A program made the position numbers and the translations under genes. The notes under the pieces are model-generated. The model was not told where the DNA came from. It did no database searches and saw nothing but the letters and a program-made list of their open reading frames with translations. Positions 40,721 through 50,766 of a DNA stretch of 64,000 nt are shown here, piece after piece (position 1 is the first letter of the stretch; each line of letters opens with the position of its first letter). The stretch comes from Pseudomonas sp. (GTDB lineage: Bacteria > Pseudomonadota > Gammaproteobacteria > Pseudomonadales > Pseudomonadaceae): contig NZ_DASVUM010000268.1 in assembly GCF_036387035.1 (NCBI RefSeq), positions 6,671-70,670 on the forward strand, read 5' to 3'.

Positions 40721-41834
40721 CGGCGAAATCCCAGGCGCCGTGGCAGCGGTTGCGGCCCTGGTGCTTGGCGCGGTACAGCGACTGATCGGCACGCTGTAAC
40801 GCGCGGTCCATGCGGTCACCGCGCTCAATGATGGACATGCCGATCGACAGGCTCAGGTCGAGGTCCGGAAAGTCGGGCAGCGTGACGAGAGTAAAGGCCA
40901 GACGGATGCGCTCGCAGCAGTCGACCAGTTGGGCGCGGGTACAACGGGGAATGAGCAGCACGAATTCTTCACCGCCGTAGCGGGCCAGGATGTCATCGGC
41001 CCGCAAACACTGAGCGGCGATTTTGCCAAAGGTCTGCAGCACTCGGTCGCCCGCGGCATGACCGTAAATGTCGTTGACCCGCTTGAAGTGATCGAGGTCG
41101 ATCAGCGCCAGCCCGGCGGTGTAGTTGCCGTCCATGAGTTCGAGTTCACGGGTTGCAATACGCAGGAAGTGACGGCGGTTGTAGAGGTTCGTGAGCTCGT
41201 CGGTGGACGCCAGCTCTTCGAGCTGCAACATCATGCCGCGCAGCGTTTCCTGATGCGCCTGCAAGGTAATGCGGCGCTGGTGCATGCGGTTGCGCGAATT
41301 CTGAACGAAGCGCGCGAACAGACACAGCCACGAGAAAATGATGAACAGGGCGCAGGTCTGCAGCGCGGCGAGCCCCGGATCGTCCAGCCGGTCGTGCGCA
41401 GCGTCCCACAGGTTTAGCCCTATGAAGCCGAGCAAGGCGAACACCGAGCAGCGGATGAAGACTTTTGGCCTCAAATGAAACAGACCAAACAGCAACACCA
41501 GCACGTAGAACACCAGAAACGTGCCCCGGGCCGAATCCATATGGGCAAGCAAAAACGTCTGCCAGCCGAGTCCCATGAGCACCTGGAATTCGGTCAGGCT
41601 GGGGTCCTTGAAACGCTGGTTATAGCCGCCGAAAAACACCAGGCTCAGCACGCCCTGGATCAGCAGTACTGACACGCTGGCAAGCCAGACGCCAAAGAAG
41701 GTTGCGTGGTAGTACCCGGTGCAATACGCAACCATGACGAGCATGATCAATAGCACGTAGGTGCCGGTTGCCAGGCCAAAACGCTTTAGCCGCAAGCGCT
41801 GGATAGATCCGTCTAATAGAGGCTGGGTGGTCAT
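40713..41834 (-). CDS. sadC: Membrane diguanylate cyclase (SadC-like)
   Basis: N-terminal TM helices, TDELT, DLDHFK, RADD I-site, GGEEF; synteny with the reductase and fumarase. Confidence 0.8.
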   Translation of the reverse strand: MTTQPLLDGSIQRLRLKRFGLATGTYVLLIMLVMVAYCTGYYHATFFGVWLASVSVLLIQGVLSLVFFGGYNQRFKDPSLTEFQVLMGLGWQTFLLAHMDSARGTFLVFYVLVLLFGLFHLRPKVFIRCSVFALLGFIGLNLWDAAHDRLDDPGLAALQTCALFIIFSWLCLFARFVQNSRNRMHQRRITLQAHQETLRGMMLQLEELASTDELTNLYNRRHFLRIATRELELMDGNYTAGLALIDLDHFKRVNDIYGHAAGDRVLQTFGKIAAQCLRADDILARYGGEEFVLLIPRCTRAQLVDCCERIRLAFTLVTLPDFPDLDLSLSIGMSIIERGDRMDRALQRADQSLYRAKHQGRNRCHGAWDFADA

Positions 41835-42264
41835 CGTGTCGTGTTTCGTCCTGTCCGGCCACAGGGGCCTGCTTCGCGCCGCTGGCCGAAGACGTTCAGC
41901 GAACGCTTTGATCATCCGGGAAGAGTGCCAATGTAGAGGAAACGGCGCGTTTCGCCAACGCGCCCGTCGTCCAACACGCGCATAATGCCGTTCGAGTGTA
42001 ACAAGGCTGACACGGCCATTCAGTTGTGCGGTATAAGCTGCGCTGAGTCCAGCCGCGATTTGAATAAGCCTCGTAACCTCTCCGCCCATTCCGCGCGCCT
42101 CTGTCGGCAATACTGACCTTTACCCTGCGGCAGGGTGTCGCGCCGACGGTCAAGCGGTATACTGCCGCGCCTTTTCCTGCCACGGCGCCTGATGGGCTGC
42201 CGGGCCGAAGGCCGTTCCCGCGATTGCCGATTGCATTGCGTGAGCAGCCCTACCTAAAGTTCCC

Positions 42265-42279
42265 GCCTGAGAGAGGAGA
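42265..42279 (+). promoter_or_regulatory. Putative PrrF sRNA pairing site over the fumarase RBS
   Basis: GCCTGAGAGAGGAGA is near-complementary to the recalled PrrF core UCUCCUCAUCAGGC. Confidence 0.5.
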
Positions 42280-42285
42280 ACGCTC

Positions 42286-43809
42286 ATGACCGTGATCAAG
42301 CAGGATGACCTGATTCAGAGCGTCGCCGACGCCCTGCAGTTCATCTCCTATTACCACCCCGTTGATTTCATCCAGGCCATGCACGAGGCCTACCTGCGTG
42401 AAGAGTCGCCCGCCGCACGCGATTCCATGGCTCAAATCCTGATCAACTCGCGCATGTGCGCCACGGGCCATCGGCCGATCTGCCAGGACACCGGTATCGT
42501 CACCGTCTTCGTTCGCGTCGGCATGGACGTGCGCTGGGATGGCGCGACCATGGGCCTGGACGACATGATCAACGAAGGCGTACGCCGCGCCTACAATTTG
42601 CCGGAAAACGTCCTGCGTGCTTCGATCCTCGCCGACCCGGCAGGCGCTCGTAAAAACACCAAGGACAACACACCTGCGGTTATTCACTACTCCATCGTCC
42701 CGGGTAATACCGTGGAAGTGGACGTAGCGGCCAAGGGCGGCGGTTCGGAAAACAAGTCGAAGATGGCGATGCTCAACCCGTCCGATTCGATCGTCGACTG
42801 GGTCTTGAAAACCGTGCCGACCATGGGCGCTGGCTGGTGCCCACCGGGCATGCTCGGCATCGGCATCGGCGGCACCGCCGAGAAAGCCGCAGTCATGGCC
42901 AAGGAAGTGTTGATGGAGTCCATCGACATCCACGAACTCAAGGCACGCGGCCCGTCGAACCGTCTGGAAGAGATGCGTCTGGAGCTGTTCGAGAAGGTCA
43001 ATCAGCTGGGCATCGGCGCCCAGGGCCTTGGCGGCCTGACCACCGTGCTCGACGTCAAGATCATGGATTACCCGACCCACGCCGCCTCGCTGCCGGTCTG
43101 CATGATTCCCAACTGCGCCGCCACCCGTCACGCCCACTTCGTGCTCGATGGCTCCGGCCCTGCTTCACTGGAAGCGCCGCCGCTGGACGCTTACCCGGAG
43201 ATCGTCTGGGAAGCCGGCCCATCGGCTCGCCGTGTCAACCTGGACACCCTGACGCCGGATGACGTGCAAAGCTGGAAGCCGGGCGAAACGGTGCTGCTCA
43301 ACGGCAAGATGCTCACCGGCCGCGACGCCGCGCACAAGCGCATGGTCGAGATGCTGAACAAGGGCGAAACACTGCCGGTGGATCTGAAAGGTCGCTTCAT
43401 CTACTACGTCGGCCCGGTTGATCCGGTCGGTGACGAAGTGGTGGGCCCCGCCGGTCCGACCACAGCCACGCGGATGGACAAGTTCACCCGCCAGATCCTC
43501 GAGCAGACCGGCCTGTTGGGCATGATCGGCAAATCCGAGCGCGGCCCGACCGCCATCGAAGCGATCAAGGACAACAAAGCCGTTTACCTGATGGCCGTTG
43601 GCGGCGCCGCGTATCTGGTTGCTCAAGCGATCAAGAAATCCCAGGTGCTGGCCTTCCCGGAACTGGGCATGGAAGCGATCTACGAGTTCGAGGTCAAGGA
43701 CATGCCGGTCACCGTTGCGGTCGACAGCAACGGCGAGTCGGTTCACATCACCGGTCCTGCCATCTGGCAGAAAAAGATCAGTGAAAGCCTGGCGGTAGAA
43801 GTGCAGTAA
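42286..43809 (+). CDS. fumA: Class I (Fe-S) fumarate hydratase
   Basis: PICQDTG, KGGGSENKS, WCPPG, GRDAAHKR, GPTTATRMD. Confidence 0.94.
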   Translation: MTVIKQDDLIQSVADALQFISYYHPVDFIQAMHEAYLREESPAARDSMAQILINSRMCATGHRPICQDTGIVTVFVRVGMDVRWDGATMGLDDMINEGVRRAYNLPENVLRASILADPAGARKNTKDNTPAVIHYSIVPGNTVEVDVAAKGGGSENKSKMAMLNPSDSIVDWVLKTVPTMGAGWCPPGMLGIGIGGTAEKAAVMAKEVLMESIDIHELKARGPSNRLEEMRLELFEKVNQLGIGAQGLGGLTTVLDVKIMDYPTHAASLPVCMIPNCAATRHAHFVLDGSGPASLEAPPLDAYPEIVWEAGPSARRVNLDTLTPDDVQSWKPGETVLLNGKMLTGRDAAHKRMVEMLNKGETLPVDLKGRFIYYVGPVDPVGDEVVGPAGPTTATRMDKFTRQILEQTGLLGMIGKSERGPTAIEAIKDNKAVYLMAVGGAAYLVAQAIKKSQVLAFPELGMEAIYEFEVKDMPVTVAVDSNGESVHITGPAIWQKKISESLAVEVQ

Positions 43810-43832
43810 ACGTCTGATCGCAACAACGAAAT

Positions 43833-43859
43833 AGCCCGACCTGCGTGTCGGGCTTTTTT
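43833..43859 (+). terminator. Intrinsic terminator after fumA
   Basis: AGCCCGAC-CTGCGT-GTCGGGCTTTTTT. Confidence 0.85.
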
Positions 43860-43889
43860 GTGAGCGATGGTTTGATGCGTTGCGGTCGC

Positions 43890-45047
43890 TCAGCCGCGCC
43901 GATCCAGCACATTCACCACCAGCCGATCCAGCCATCCCCAAACCCGCTCCTGAGCCCGCCGCCAAATAGGCCGGGATTTCCAGCCCTCAAGGCTGATTTC
44001 GCTGCTGACGGCGAAATCCTTGGTAAAACTGGCAGCCACCGCCTGCGTCAGCGCAGGGTCGATTGCTTCGAGGTTGGCCTCAAGGTTGAAGCGCAGGTTC
44101 CAGTGATCGAAGTTGCACGAGCCCACGCTGACCCAATCGTCGATCAACACCATCTTCAGGTGCAGGAAGCACGGCTGGTATTCAAAGATGTTGACCCCGG
44201 CCTTGAGCAGACGCGGGTAATAGCGGTGGCCCGCGTAGCGAACCGACGGGTGATCGGTGCGCGGGCCGGTCAGCAACAAGCGCACGTCCACGCCACGTAA
44301 GGCGGCCCGGCGCAGGGCCCGACGGACTTTCCAGGTTGGCAGAAAATACGGCGTTGCCAGCCAGACGCGGGTTTTGGCGGTGTTCAGCGCACGCACCAGT
44401 GACTGCACAATGTCCCGGTGCTGACGCGAATCGGCGTAGGCCACGCGGCCCAGACCACTGCCGCCCTCGGGCGCCTTGGGCAGGCGCGGCAGGCCAAAGT
44501 TTTCTGCAGGCCGCCAGGCACGGCGGCGCGGGTTGGCGTGAAACTGGCGATCGAACAGCGCCTGCCAGTCGATCACCATCGGGCCGCGAATCTCGACCAT
44601 CACTTCATGCCACTCGCTGCTGTTGAGGTCGGGGCGCCAGAATTCATCCGTTACCCCGGTCCCGCCCACCACCGCCAACTCTTTGTCCACCAGCAGCAGT
44701 TTGCGGTGGTCGCGGTAAAGGTTGCGAAGGCCCCGCCGCCAATGCACAGGGTTATAAAAACGCAGGATGACCCCAGCCTCGGTCAGGCGCGAGCGCAGGT
44801 GGTGGGTGAAAGCTGCCGAGCCGAAACCGTCGAACAGGCAACGCACGATCACTCCACGACCCGCCGCGCCGACCAGCGCCTGCACAATCGCTTCGGCGCA
44901 GGCGCCGGCTTCGACAAGGTACAGCTCGAGCTCAATCTGCTGTTGGGCACCTTCAATTGCCGCAATCATGCGCGGAAAAAAGGCGGGACCGTCGATCAGC
45001 AGGTTGAATTGGTTTTCTTCGCGCCACGGGAAGATCGCGCCCCTCAT
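43890..45047 (-). CDS. Phospholipase D / cardiolipin-synthase-like protein
   Basis: Two HKD motifs (HRKLLLVD, HLKMVLID). Confidence 0.92.
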   Translation of the reverse strand: MRGAIFPWREENQFNLLIDGPAFFPRMIAAIEGAQQQIELELYLVEAGACAEAIVQALVGAAGRGVIVRCLFDGFGSAAFTHHLRSRLTEAGVILRFYNPVHWRRGLRNLYRDHRKLLLVDKELAVVGGTGVTDEFWRPDLNSSEWHEVMVEIRGPMVIDWQALFDRQFHANPRRRAWRPAENFGLPRLPKAPEGGSGLGRVAYADSRQHRDIVQSLVRALNTAKTRVWLATPYFLPTWKVRRALRRAALRGVDVRLLLTGPRTDHPSVRYAGHRYYPRLLKAGVNIFEYQPCFLHLKMVLIDDWVSVGSCNFDHWNLRFNLEANLEAIDPALTQAVAASFTKDFAVSSEISLEGWKSRPIWRRAQERVWGWLDRLVVNVLDRRG

Positions 45048-45196
45048 GAGCGGCCCGCCGTGGCGATTGAAGCACAGGCGTCAACGGCGTTTGCCGCGCG
45101 GGCCAGCGAGGAAGGAAGGCGAATGGACATGCGAACTCCAGAAGGTGCGATACGCAACCCTATCCGGCAGTCTGACCGCAGGCAAACTTCAACGTT

Positions 45197-45535
45197 CTAC
45201 GGCACCGGCGACGACAACCGGCAGCCCTGGCGCTGGCCTTCCCAGCGGGCTTGGCTTTCGCGGCCCAGGCCGGTCGCCGTCACACGTTTATTCAGGGAGT
45301 CTTCGTCGATGGTGCTCGGCAGCCACTGTTTCACATAACCGCGGCAATATTCGGCGGGGTTATTCACCACGAAGCGGCACGAGCAATACTCCTTGGCGGT
45401 GTAGGCGCTGATGATGCTGGGGAATACCTGAAGCGGGACACGCCAGTGCCAGATCAGGCCGGCGAGGATCAGCAGCACCAGGAACCCGAGGCTGCTAAAG
45501 GGGCGGCGCCGGATAAATCCATTGCGGGCAATCAT
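45197..45535 (-). CDS. Small membrane-anchored Cys-containing protein coupled to the serine hydrolase
   Basis: TM segment, AYTAKEYCSCRF motif, ATGA overlap with the upstream gene. Confidence 0.75.
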   Translation of the reverse strand: MIARNGFIRRRPFSSLGFLVLLILAGLIWHWRVPLQVFPSIISAYTAKEYCSCRFVVNNPAEYCRGYVKQWLPSTIDEDSLNKRVTATGLGRESQARWEGQRQGCRLSSPVP

Positions 45536-46620
45536 TTGCCACCCTCCCCGGCCACGGCGTTCAGCACCCGTTTGAGCAACTGGTTGTGGTCATAACTGCC
45601 GTCGCGATCATCGCCGTACCGCACGATCACCAGGCCTGCGCTGGGGATGACGTACAGCGCCTGCCCCCAATGGCCGAGGGCGGCAAACGTGTCCGCCGGC
45701 GCGGCAGGCCAGGGACCGGGCTTGCCGTCTGCCCTCCTGTTCAGCCACCAGTGACCGCCCGGGGCTTCGTCGGTTGGGGTCACGGACTCAAACGGCGTGA
45801 GGTTGAAGTCGACCCAGGCCTTGGGCAGCAATGGGCGACCCTGCCATCGTCCGCCGTGTTGCATCAGCAGACCGACACGCGCCAGGTCGCGGGCTGTCAT
45901 GTAGGCATAAGACGAACCGACAAAGGTGCCCGTGGCATCGCGCTCCCACGTTGCGCTGGTGATCCCCAGCGGCTCGAACAATGCCGTCCACGGGTAATCG
46001 GCGTACGCGCTTTCCCCGACCATGGTTTTCAGCGCGGCGGCAAGGACAGTGCTATCGCCGCTGGAATAGCGGTACGAGGTGCCAGGCGCGCCGGCGACGG
46101 CGTGTTCGGCGGTGTACCGCGCCATGTCGCCGCGACCTCGGGTGTAGAGCATCGCAACAACCGAGGAGTTGAGCGGTGCGTATTCATAGTCTTCCTGCCA
46201 GTCCAGCCCCGAGGCCCAGTGCAGCAAATCCCGCAGCTTGATGTCGGGATGAGCGGTGAAGGGCGCAACGTACTTTGCCACGGGGTCGTCAAGGCTGAAG
46301 CGGCCTTCCCCATAAGCGACGCCGAGCACGGTGGCCAAAATACTTTTGCTGATGGACCAGGTCAGGTGCGGGGTATCGGCGCGCGTCACGCCGCCATAGC
46401 GTTCGTACACCACTTCGTCGTCATGAATGATCAGCAGCGCATCGGTGCGCACACCTGTGCGGCCGGCTTCGTCGCGGGGCGGAAAGGCGTACGCCTCAAG
46501 GGCAGCGACAGCAGCGCTGGCGCTGAGTGGGCGCTCCGACCCGTCAGGCTCGGGCCAGGGCTGGGCAGCGGCGGAACAGGCAACGAGCAACAACGCGAGG
46601 GTGAATAGCAGACGGGTCAT
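45532..46620 (-). CDS. Beta-lactamase-fold serine hydrolase, exported
   Basis: WSISKS (SxxK), LLHWASGL, YSSGD, GHWGQ; signal peptide. Confidence 0.88.
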   Translation of the reverse strand: MTRLLFTLALLLVACSAAAQPWPEPDGSERPLSASAAVAALEAYAFPPRDEAGRTGVRTDALLIIHDDEVVYERYGGVTRADTPHLTWSISKSILATVLGVAYGEGRFSLDDPVAKYVAPFTAHPDIKLRDLLHWASGLDWQEDYEYAPLNSSVVAMLYTRGRGDMARYTAEHAVAGAPGTSYRYSSGDSTVLAAALKTMVGESAYADYPWTALFEPLGITSATWERDATGTFVGSSYAYMTARDLARVGLLMQHGGRWQGRPLLPKAWVDFNLTPFESVTPTDEAPGGHWWLNRRADGKPGPWPAAPADTFAALGHWGQALYVIPSAGLVIVRYGDDRDGSYDHNQLLKRVLNAVAGEGGK

Positions 46621-46689
46621 GGACAGCGCTCGAAGTCGGATCAAGGCAACCCTGGCAGGCAATGATGACAGCCCGTGGTTCACAAACCC

Positions 46690-46707
46690 CTGTCACGCAA
46701 CCATCAC
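46690..46707 (+). promoter_or_regulatory. Pho-box-like element upstream of olsB
   Basis: CTGTCAC-GCAA-CCATCAC versus the consensus CTGTCAT-N4-CTGTCAC. Confidence 0.55.
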
Positions 46708-46815
46708 CAAAGCTTAACGGTCATGACACGGCCTCTCCCTAGCCTGCAGTCGTACAGCAATGCTCGAACAATCAGTCGACCCGCCTGGACGAAGGCTGGA
46801 TTACGGAGATGCCGC

Positions 46816-47571
46816 ATGACTCAGATCGCCAGCATTCGAGACACCCGAACCGAACGTCGCCTGCAGGCAGAACGCCTGGTCGGTGAGCAGGCCCTGCAGG
46901 AAGCACAGGCGTTGCGCTTCAGTGTGTTCAGCGGCGAGTTCAACGCCAGACTCAAGGGCGCCGAACGGGGCCTGGATATCGATGATTACGACGTTCACTG
47001 CATGCACATCGGCGTGCGGGACCTGAGCAACGGTCGCCTTGTCGCCACCACCCGTTTGCTGGATCACAAGGCCGCCAACACCCTGGGCCGGTTCTACAGC
47101 GAAGAAGAGTTCAGCCTGCATGGCCTGCGCCACCTGCAGGGCCCGATACTCGAACTGGGCCGCACCTGCGTCGACCCGGCCTATCGCAACGGCGGCACCA
47201 TCGCGGTGTTGTGGAGCGAACTGGCCGAGATCCTCAACGAAGGCGGCTACAGCTACCTGATGGGCTGCGCCAGTATCCCGATGCAGGACGGCGGCATTCA
47301 GGCCCACGCCATCATGCAACGCTTGCGCGAACGGTATCTGTGCACTGAACACCTGCGCGCCGAACCGAAGAATCCTCTGCCGACGCTGGACCTCCCCAAA
47401 AACGTGATCTGTGAGATGCCGCCCCTGCTCAAGGCGTACATGCGCCTGGGCGCGAAAATATGCGGCGAGCCGTGCTGGGATGAGGATTTTCAGGTCGCCG
47501 ACGTGTTCATCCTGCTCAAGCGTGACGAGTTGTGCCCGCGTTACGCTCGCCACTTCAAGGCAGCGATGTGA
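46816..47571 (+). CDS. olsB: Ornithine N-acyltransferase
   Basis: [40 protein letters not shown]. Confidence 0.9.
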   Translation: MTQIASIRDTRTERRLQAERLVGEQALQEAQALRFSVFSGEFNARLKGAERGLDIDDYDVHCMHIGVRDLSNGRLVATTRLLDHKAANTLGRFYSEEEFSLHGLRHLQGPILELGRTCVDPAYRNGGTIAVLWSELAEILNEGGYSYLMGCASIPMQDGGIQAHAIMQRLRERYLCTEHLRAEPKNPLPTLDLPKNVICEMPPLLKAYMRLGAKICGEPCWDEDFQVADVFILLKRDELCPRYARHFKAAM

Positions 47572-48359
47572 TGAGCACCTCACGCCGATACGCCCGTGTG
47601 GTGCGCGTGCTGTGGGTGATCGCGCTAGGTCTGAGCATCGCCGGCACCTTCGCCTTGATGGAACGCCTGCGTATCGGCAACTCAATGGCGCGTCGCCAGC
47701 GCTGGACGGCCTGGTTCATGGCACGTCTGTCGGCCGCGCTGCCTTTTCGGGTGAGAGTGACAGGGACGCTGCCGAACGAGCCGATGTTATGGGTGAGCAA
47801 CCACGTGTCATGGACCGACATTCCGCTGCTGGGGATGCTGGCGCCGCTGTCGTTTCTGTCCAAAGCCGAAGTGCGCACCTGGCCGGTGGCGGGCTGGCTG
47901 GCCTTGAAAGCCGGCACACTGTTCATTCGCCGGGGCTCGGGCGACAGCAAGCTGATTCAGAAACAGATGGGGCAGCATTTGCTCGGCAAGCATTCGCTGG
48001 TGCTCTTCCCGGAAGGCACCACCACCGACGGGCGCAGTGTGCGCACGTTCCATGGCCGTCTGCTGTCCAGTGCGATCGACACCGGCGTGCCAGTGCAGCC
48101 GGTGGCCATTCAGTACGTGCGGGACGGCCAGCCGGACCAGATAGCGCCATTCATTGGCGACGACGACTTGCTCTCGCACCTGCGCCGCCTGTTTGCCCAC
48201 GAGGTGAGCGAGGTGCATATCCGGTTGCTGTCGCCCATCCCGTCCCACGGCAAGGAACGCGCCGCGCTGGCGTTCGAAGCCCAGCAAGCGGTGCAGGTCG
48301 CACTGTTCGGCGAGGCGCTTCAGCCTGCGGCTGTTCGTTCCGCCGCCAGGGCCGCTTGA
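47571..48359 (+). CDS. olsA: Lyso-ornithine lipid O-acyltransferase
   Basis: NHVSWTD (HX4D), FPEGTT; TGATG-coupled to olsB. Confidence 0.88.
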   Translation: MSTSRRYARVVRVLWVIALGLSIAGTFALMERLRIGNSMARRQRWTAWFMARLSAALPFRVRVTGTLPNEPMLWVSNHVSWTDIPLLGMLAPLSFLSKAEVRTWPVAGWLALKAGTLFIRRGSGDSKLIQKQMGQHLLGKHSLVLFPEGTTTDGRSVRTFHGRLLSSAIDTGVPVQPVAIQYVRDGQPDQIAPFIGDDDLLSHLRRLFAHEVSEVHIRLLSPIPSHGKERAALAFEAQQAVQVALFGEALQPAAVRSAARAA

Positions 48360-48916
48360 GCAAAGGCCTGAACCTCGGGATAAAACGCGCTGAAGTCGTC
48401 ACTCAAGGGTCGATACAGCGCCTGCAGTTCCTGGTTGACCCCGGCCAGGCCTTCCGGACGTGACAGGCGTCGTGAGATGCCCGCCAGCGCATCGCCTACC
48501 ACCGAAAATTCACGGTACGAACCCAGCCAGTCTTGCGCTGCCATGCGCGGGGCAATCAGTGCCAGCCGTTCCGGCAACGCGGGCTCATCGGCCAGCACGC
48601 GGTAAACCTTGCGGGTGAAGAGGTCCAGCGGCTCAGTCGAATAACGATCCCAGTCCCGGGCCAGACAATGGTCAAAAAACACATCCAGTGCGATGCCGGC
48701 ATAGCGCCGACGGCCGTCTGGAAAGCGCCCCACTGCCCGTTTGATCAGCGGGTGCGAATCGGTGAACGCATCGATACGCCGATGCAGACGAATCGCCCCT
48801 TCGATGTCCGGCGGAAAACGTCCGGGCAGCAGCCCTTTGACGAAATCACCGTACAGGCTGCCCAGCAATTGCGCCGGCGCCTGCCCACCGAGGTGCAAAT
48901 GTGCGAGGTAATTCAT
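48320..48916 (-). CDS. acpH: ACP phosphodiesterase
   Basis: MNYLAHLHL, GDFVKG, LHRRIDAFTD, DVFFDH. Confidence 0.92.
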   Translation of the reverse strand: MNYLAHLHLGGQAPAQLLGSLYGDFVKGLLPGRFPPDIEGAIRLHRRIDAFTDSHPLIKRAVGRFPDGRRRYAGIALDVFFDHCLARDWDRYSTEPLDLFTRKVYRVLADEPALPERLALIAPRMAAQDWLGSYREFSVVGDALAGISRRLSRPEGLAGVNQELQALYRPLSDDFSAFYPEVQAFAQAALAAERTAAG

Positions 48917-49070
48917 GGTTGTAGCCTTATTGCGGTCGGTTGCCTCTGGCAACTGACACCGTTTGAAAGACGGGATCGCCCGTGATCTGCCTCGTACATT
49001 CGCCACATTCATTGCGCCTGTAAAGCGGCATCGCTGTTCAAAACCTTCCCCGCCTCATCGAGCGGTTTCC

Positions 49071-49150
49071 ATATCGTTGTAACCCGATATAACGATTCAG
49101 AACGTCTTAATCACCTATTCATATTTGTATATCGCGATTTATAGATATAA
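49071..49150. promoter_or_regulatory. Tandem ArsR-type operator palindromes
   Basis: ATATCG-N8-CGATAT (49071-49090) and ATATCG-N8-AGATAT (49130-49149). Confidence 0.6.
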
Positions 49151-49193
49151 GGTTCGCCCCATCGCGATACAGCGCTACTGCCCTGAGAACGAC

Positions 49194-49502
49194 ATGCCCA
49201 CCGACATCGACATTGACGACATCATCAAAGCCCTGGCGCACCCGGTCAGGCGGCAGATTCTGGATTGGCTCAAAGACCCGGTCACGACGTTTCCAGATCA
49301 ACGTCACACGATCGATGGCGGTGTCTGCGCGGGTCAGATAGACCAACGCGCCGGCCTGTCGCAGTCGACCATTTCAGCTCATCTGGCAACGCTTCAGCGC
49401 GCCGGGTTGATCACCAGCCAGAAGCACGGCCAGTGGCACTTTTTCAAACGCAACGAAGACGTCATTCAGGCCTTCGTGCAGCAACTGGCACAGCGGCTCT
49501 GA
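49194..49502 (+). CDS. ArsR-family regulator (PyeR-like)
   Basis: KALAHPVRRQIL, GVCAG, LSQSTISAHL. Confidence 0.9.
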   Translation: MPTDIDIDDIIKALAHPVRRQILDWLKDPVTTFPDQRHTIDGGVCAGQIDQRAGLSQSTISAHLATLQRAGLITSQKHGQWHFFKRNEDVIQAFVQQLAQRL

Positions 49503-49539
49503 GCCCTTCGCCACCCAATCGGATTCCAGGAGACGCAAC

Positions 49540-50706
49540 GTGCCCCTTTCACTACTCATTCTGGCCCTGAGCGCCTTTGCCATCGGGACGACCGAGTTCG
49601 TCATCATGGGTCTGCTCCCCGACGTCGCCAGCGACCTGGGCGTCAGTATTCCCGGCGCTGGCTGGCTGGTGACCGGCTACGCCCTGGGCGTCGCCATCGG
49701 TGCGCCGTTCATGGCGATGGCCACCGCGAAGTTGCCGCGCAAAGGCGCGCTGGTCACGCTGATGGGGATCTTCATCGTCGGCAACCTGCTCTGCGCCCTG
49801 GCGGCGGACTACAACATCCTGATGTTCGCTCGCGTGGTCACCGCGCTGTGCCACGGTGCATTTTTCGGCATCGGGTCGGTGGTGGCTGCAGGCCTGGTGC
49901 CCGCCAATCGTCGCGCATCCGCCGTCGCATTGATGTTCACCGGTTTGACACTGGCCAACGTACTGGGTGTGCCGCTGGGCACTGCGTTGGGACAACAGGC
50001 CGGCTGGCGCTCGACGTTCTTCGCGGTCACGGTGATTGGCGTCATTGCCTTCATCGGCCTGATTCGCTTCCTGCCGAGCAAACGCGATGAAGAGAAACTC
50101 GACATGCGCGCCGAGCTCGGTGCACTCAAGGGCGCGGGTATCTGGTTGTCGCTGAGCATGACCGCCCTGTTTTCCGCTTCCGTGTTCGCGCTGTTCACCT
50201 ACGTCGCGCCGCTGTTGGGCGAAGTCACCGGTGTCTCGCCATTGGGCGTGACCTGGACGCTGATGCTCATTGGCCTGGGCCTGACCCTGGGCAACATCAT
50301 CGGCGGCAAACTGGCCGACCGCCGACTGGCCGCCACGCTCATCGGCGTGTTCATCACCATGGCGGTGATCTCAACGGTGCTGAGCTGGACCAGCGCTGCG
50401 CTGATCCCGGCTGAAATCACGCTGTTCCTCTGGGCCACCGCCGCCTTCGCCGCGGTCCCTGCCCTGCAGATCAACGTGGTGACCTTCGGCAAGGCCGCAC
50501 CCAACCTGGTCTCCACCCTGAACATTGGCGCTTTCAACGTCGGCAACGCGCTGGGCGCCTGGGTCGGTGGCAGTGTCATCGCCCATGGTTTCGGCCTGAC
50601 CACCGTGCCACTGGCGGCCGGCGTCCTCGCCGTGCTTGCCCTCATCGTCACGCTTATCAATTTCCGTCAGGGCAACGATGCCGAACTGGCCGCCGCGACG
50701 AACTGA
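49540..50706 (+). CDS. MFS transporter (PyeM/AraJ-like)
   Basis: AFAIGTTEF, ANVLGVPLG, GGKLADRR. Confidence 0.9.
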   Translation: MPLSLLILALSAFAIGTTEFVIMGLLPDVASDLGVSIPGAGWLVTGYALGVAIGAPFMAMATAKLPRKGALVTLMGIFIVGNLLCALAADYNILMFARVVTALCHGAFFGIGSVVAAGLVPANRRASAVALMFTGLTLANVLGVPLGTALGQQAGWRSTFFAVTVIGVIAFIGLIRFLPSKRDEEKLDMRAELGALKGAGIWLSLSMTALFSASVFALFTYVAPLLGEVTGVSPLGVTWTLMLIGLGLTLGNIIGGKLADRRLAATLIGVFITMAVISTVLSWTSAALIPAEITLFLWATAAFAAVPALQINVVTFGKAAPNLVSTLNIGAFNVGNALGAWVGGSVIAHGFGLTTVPLAAGVLAVLALIVTLINFRQGNDAELAAATN

Positions 50707-50766
50707 TTCCCCTGTTTTTACACCTGCGGATCCACCCTTTTTACGATTGCACTCAGGATTTTCCCG

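Noticed and set aside
38680-43137. Antisense ORFs over pykA (38680-39690) and fumA (42250-43137)
   Set aside because: Same shadow-frame effect opposite strongly biased genes.
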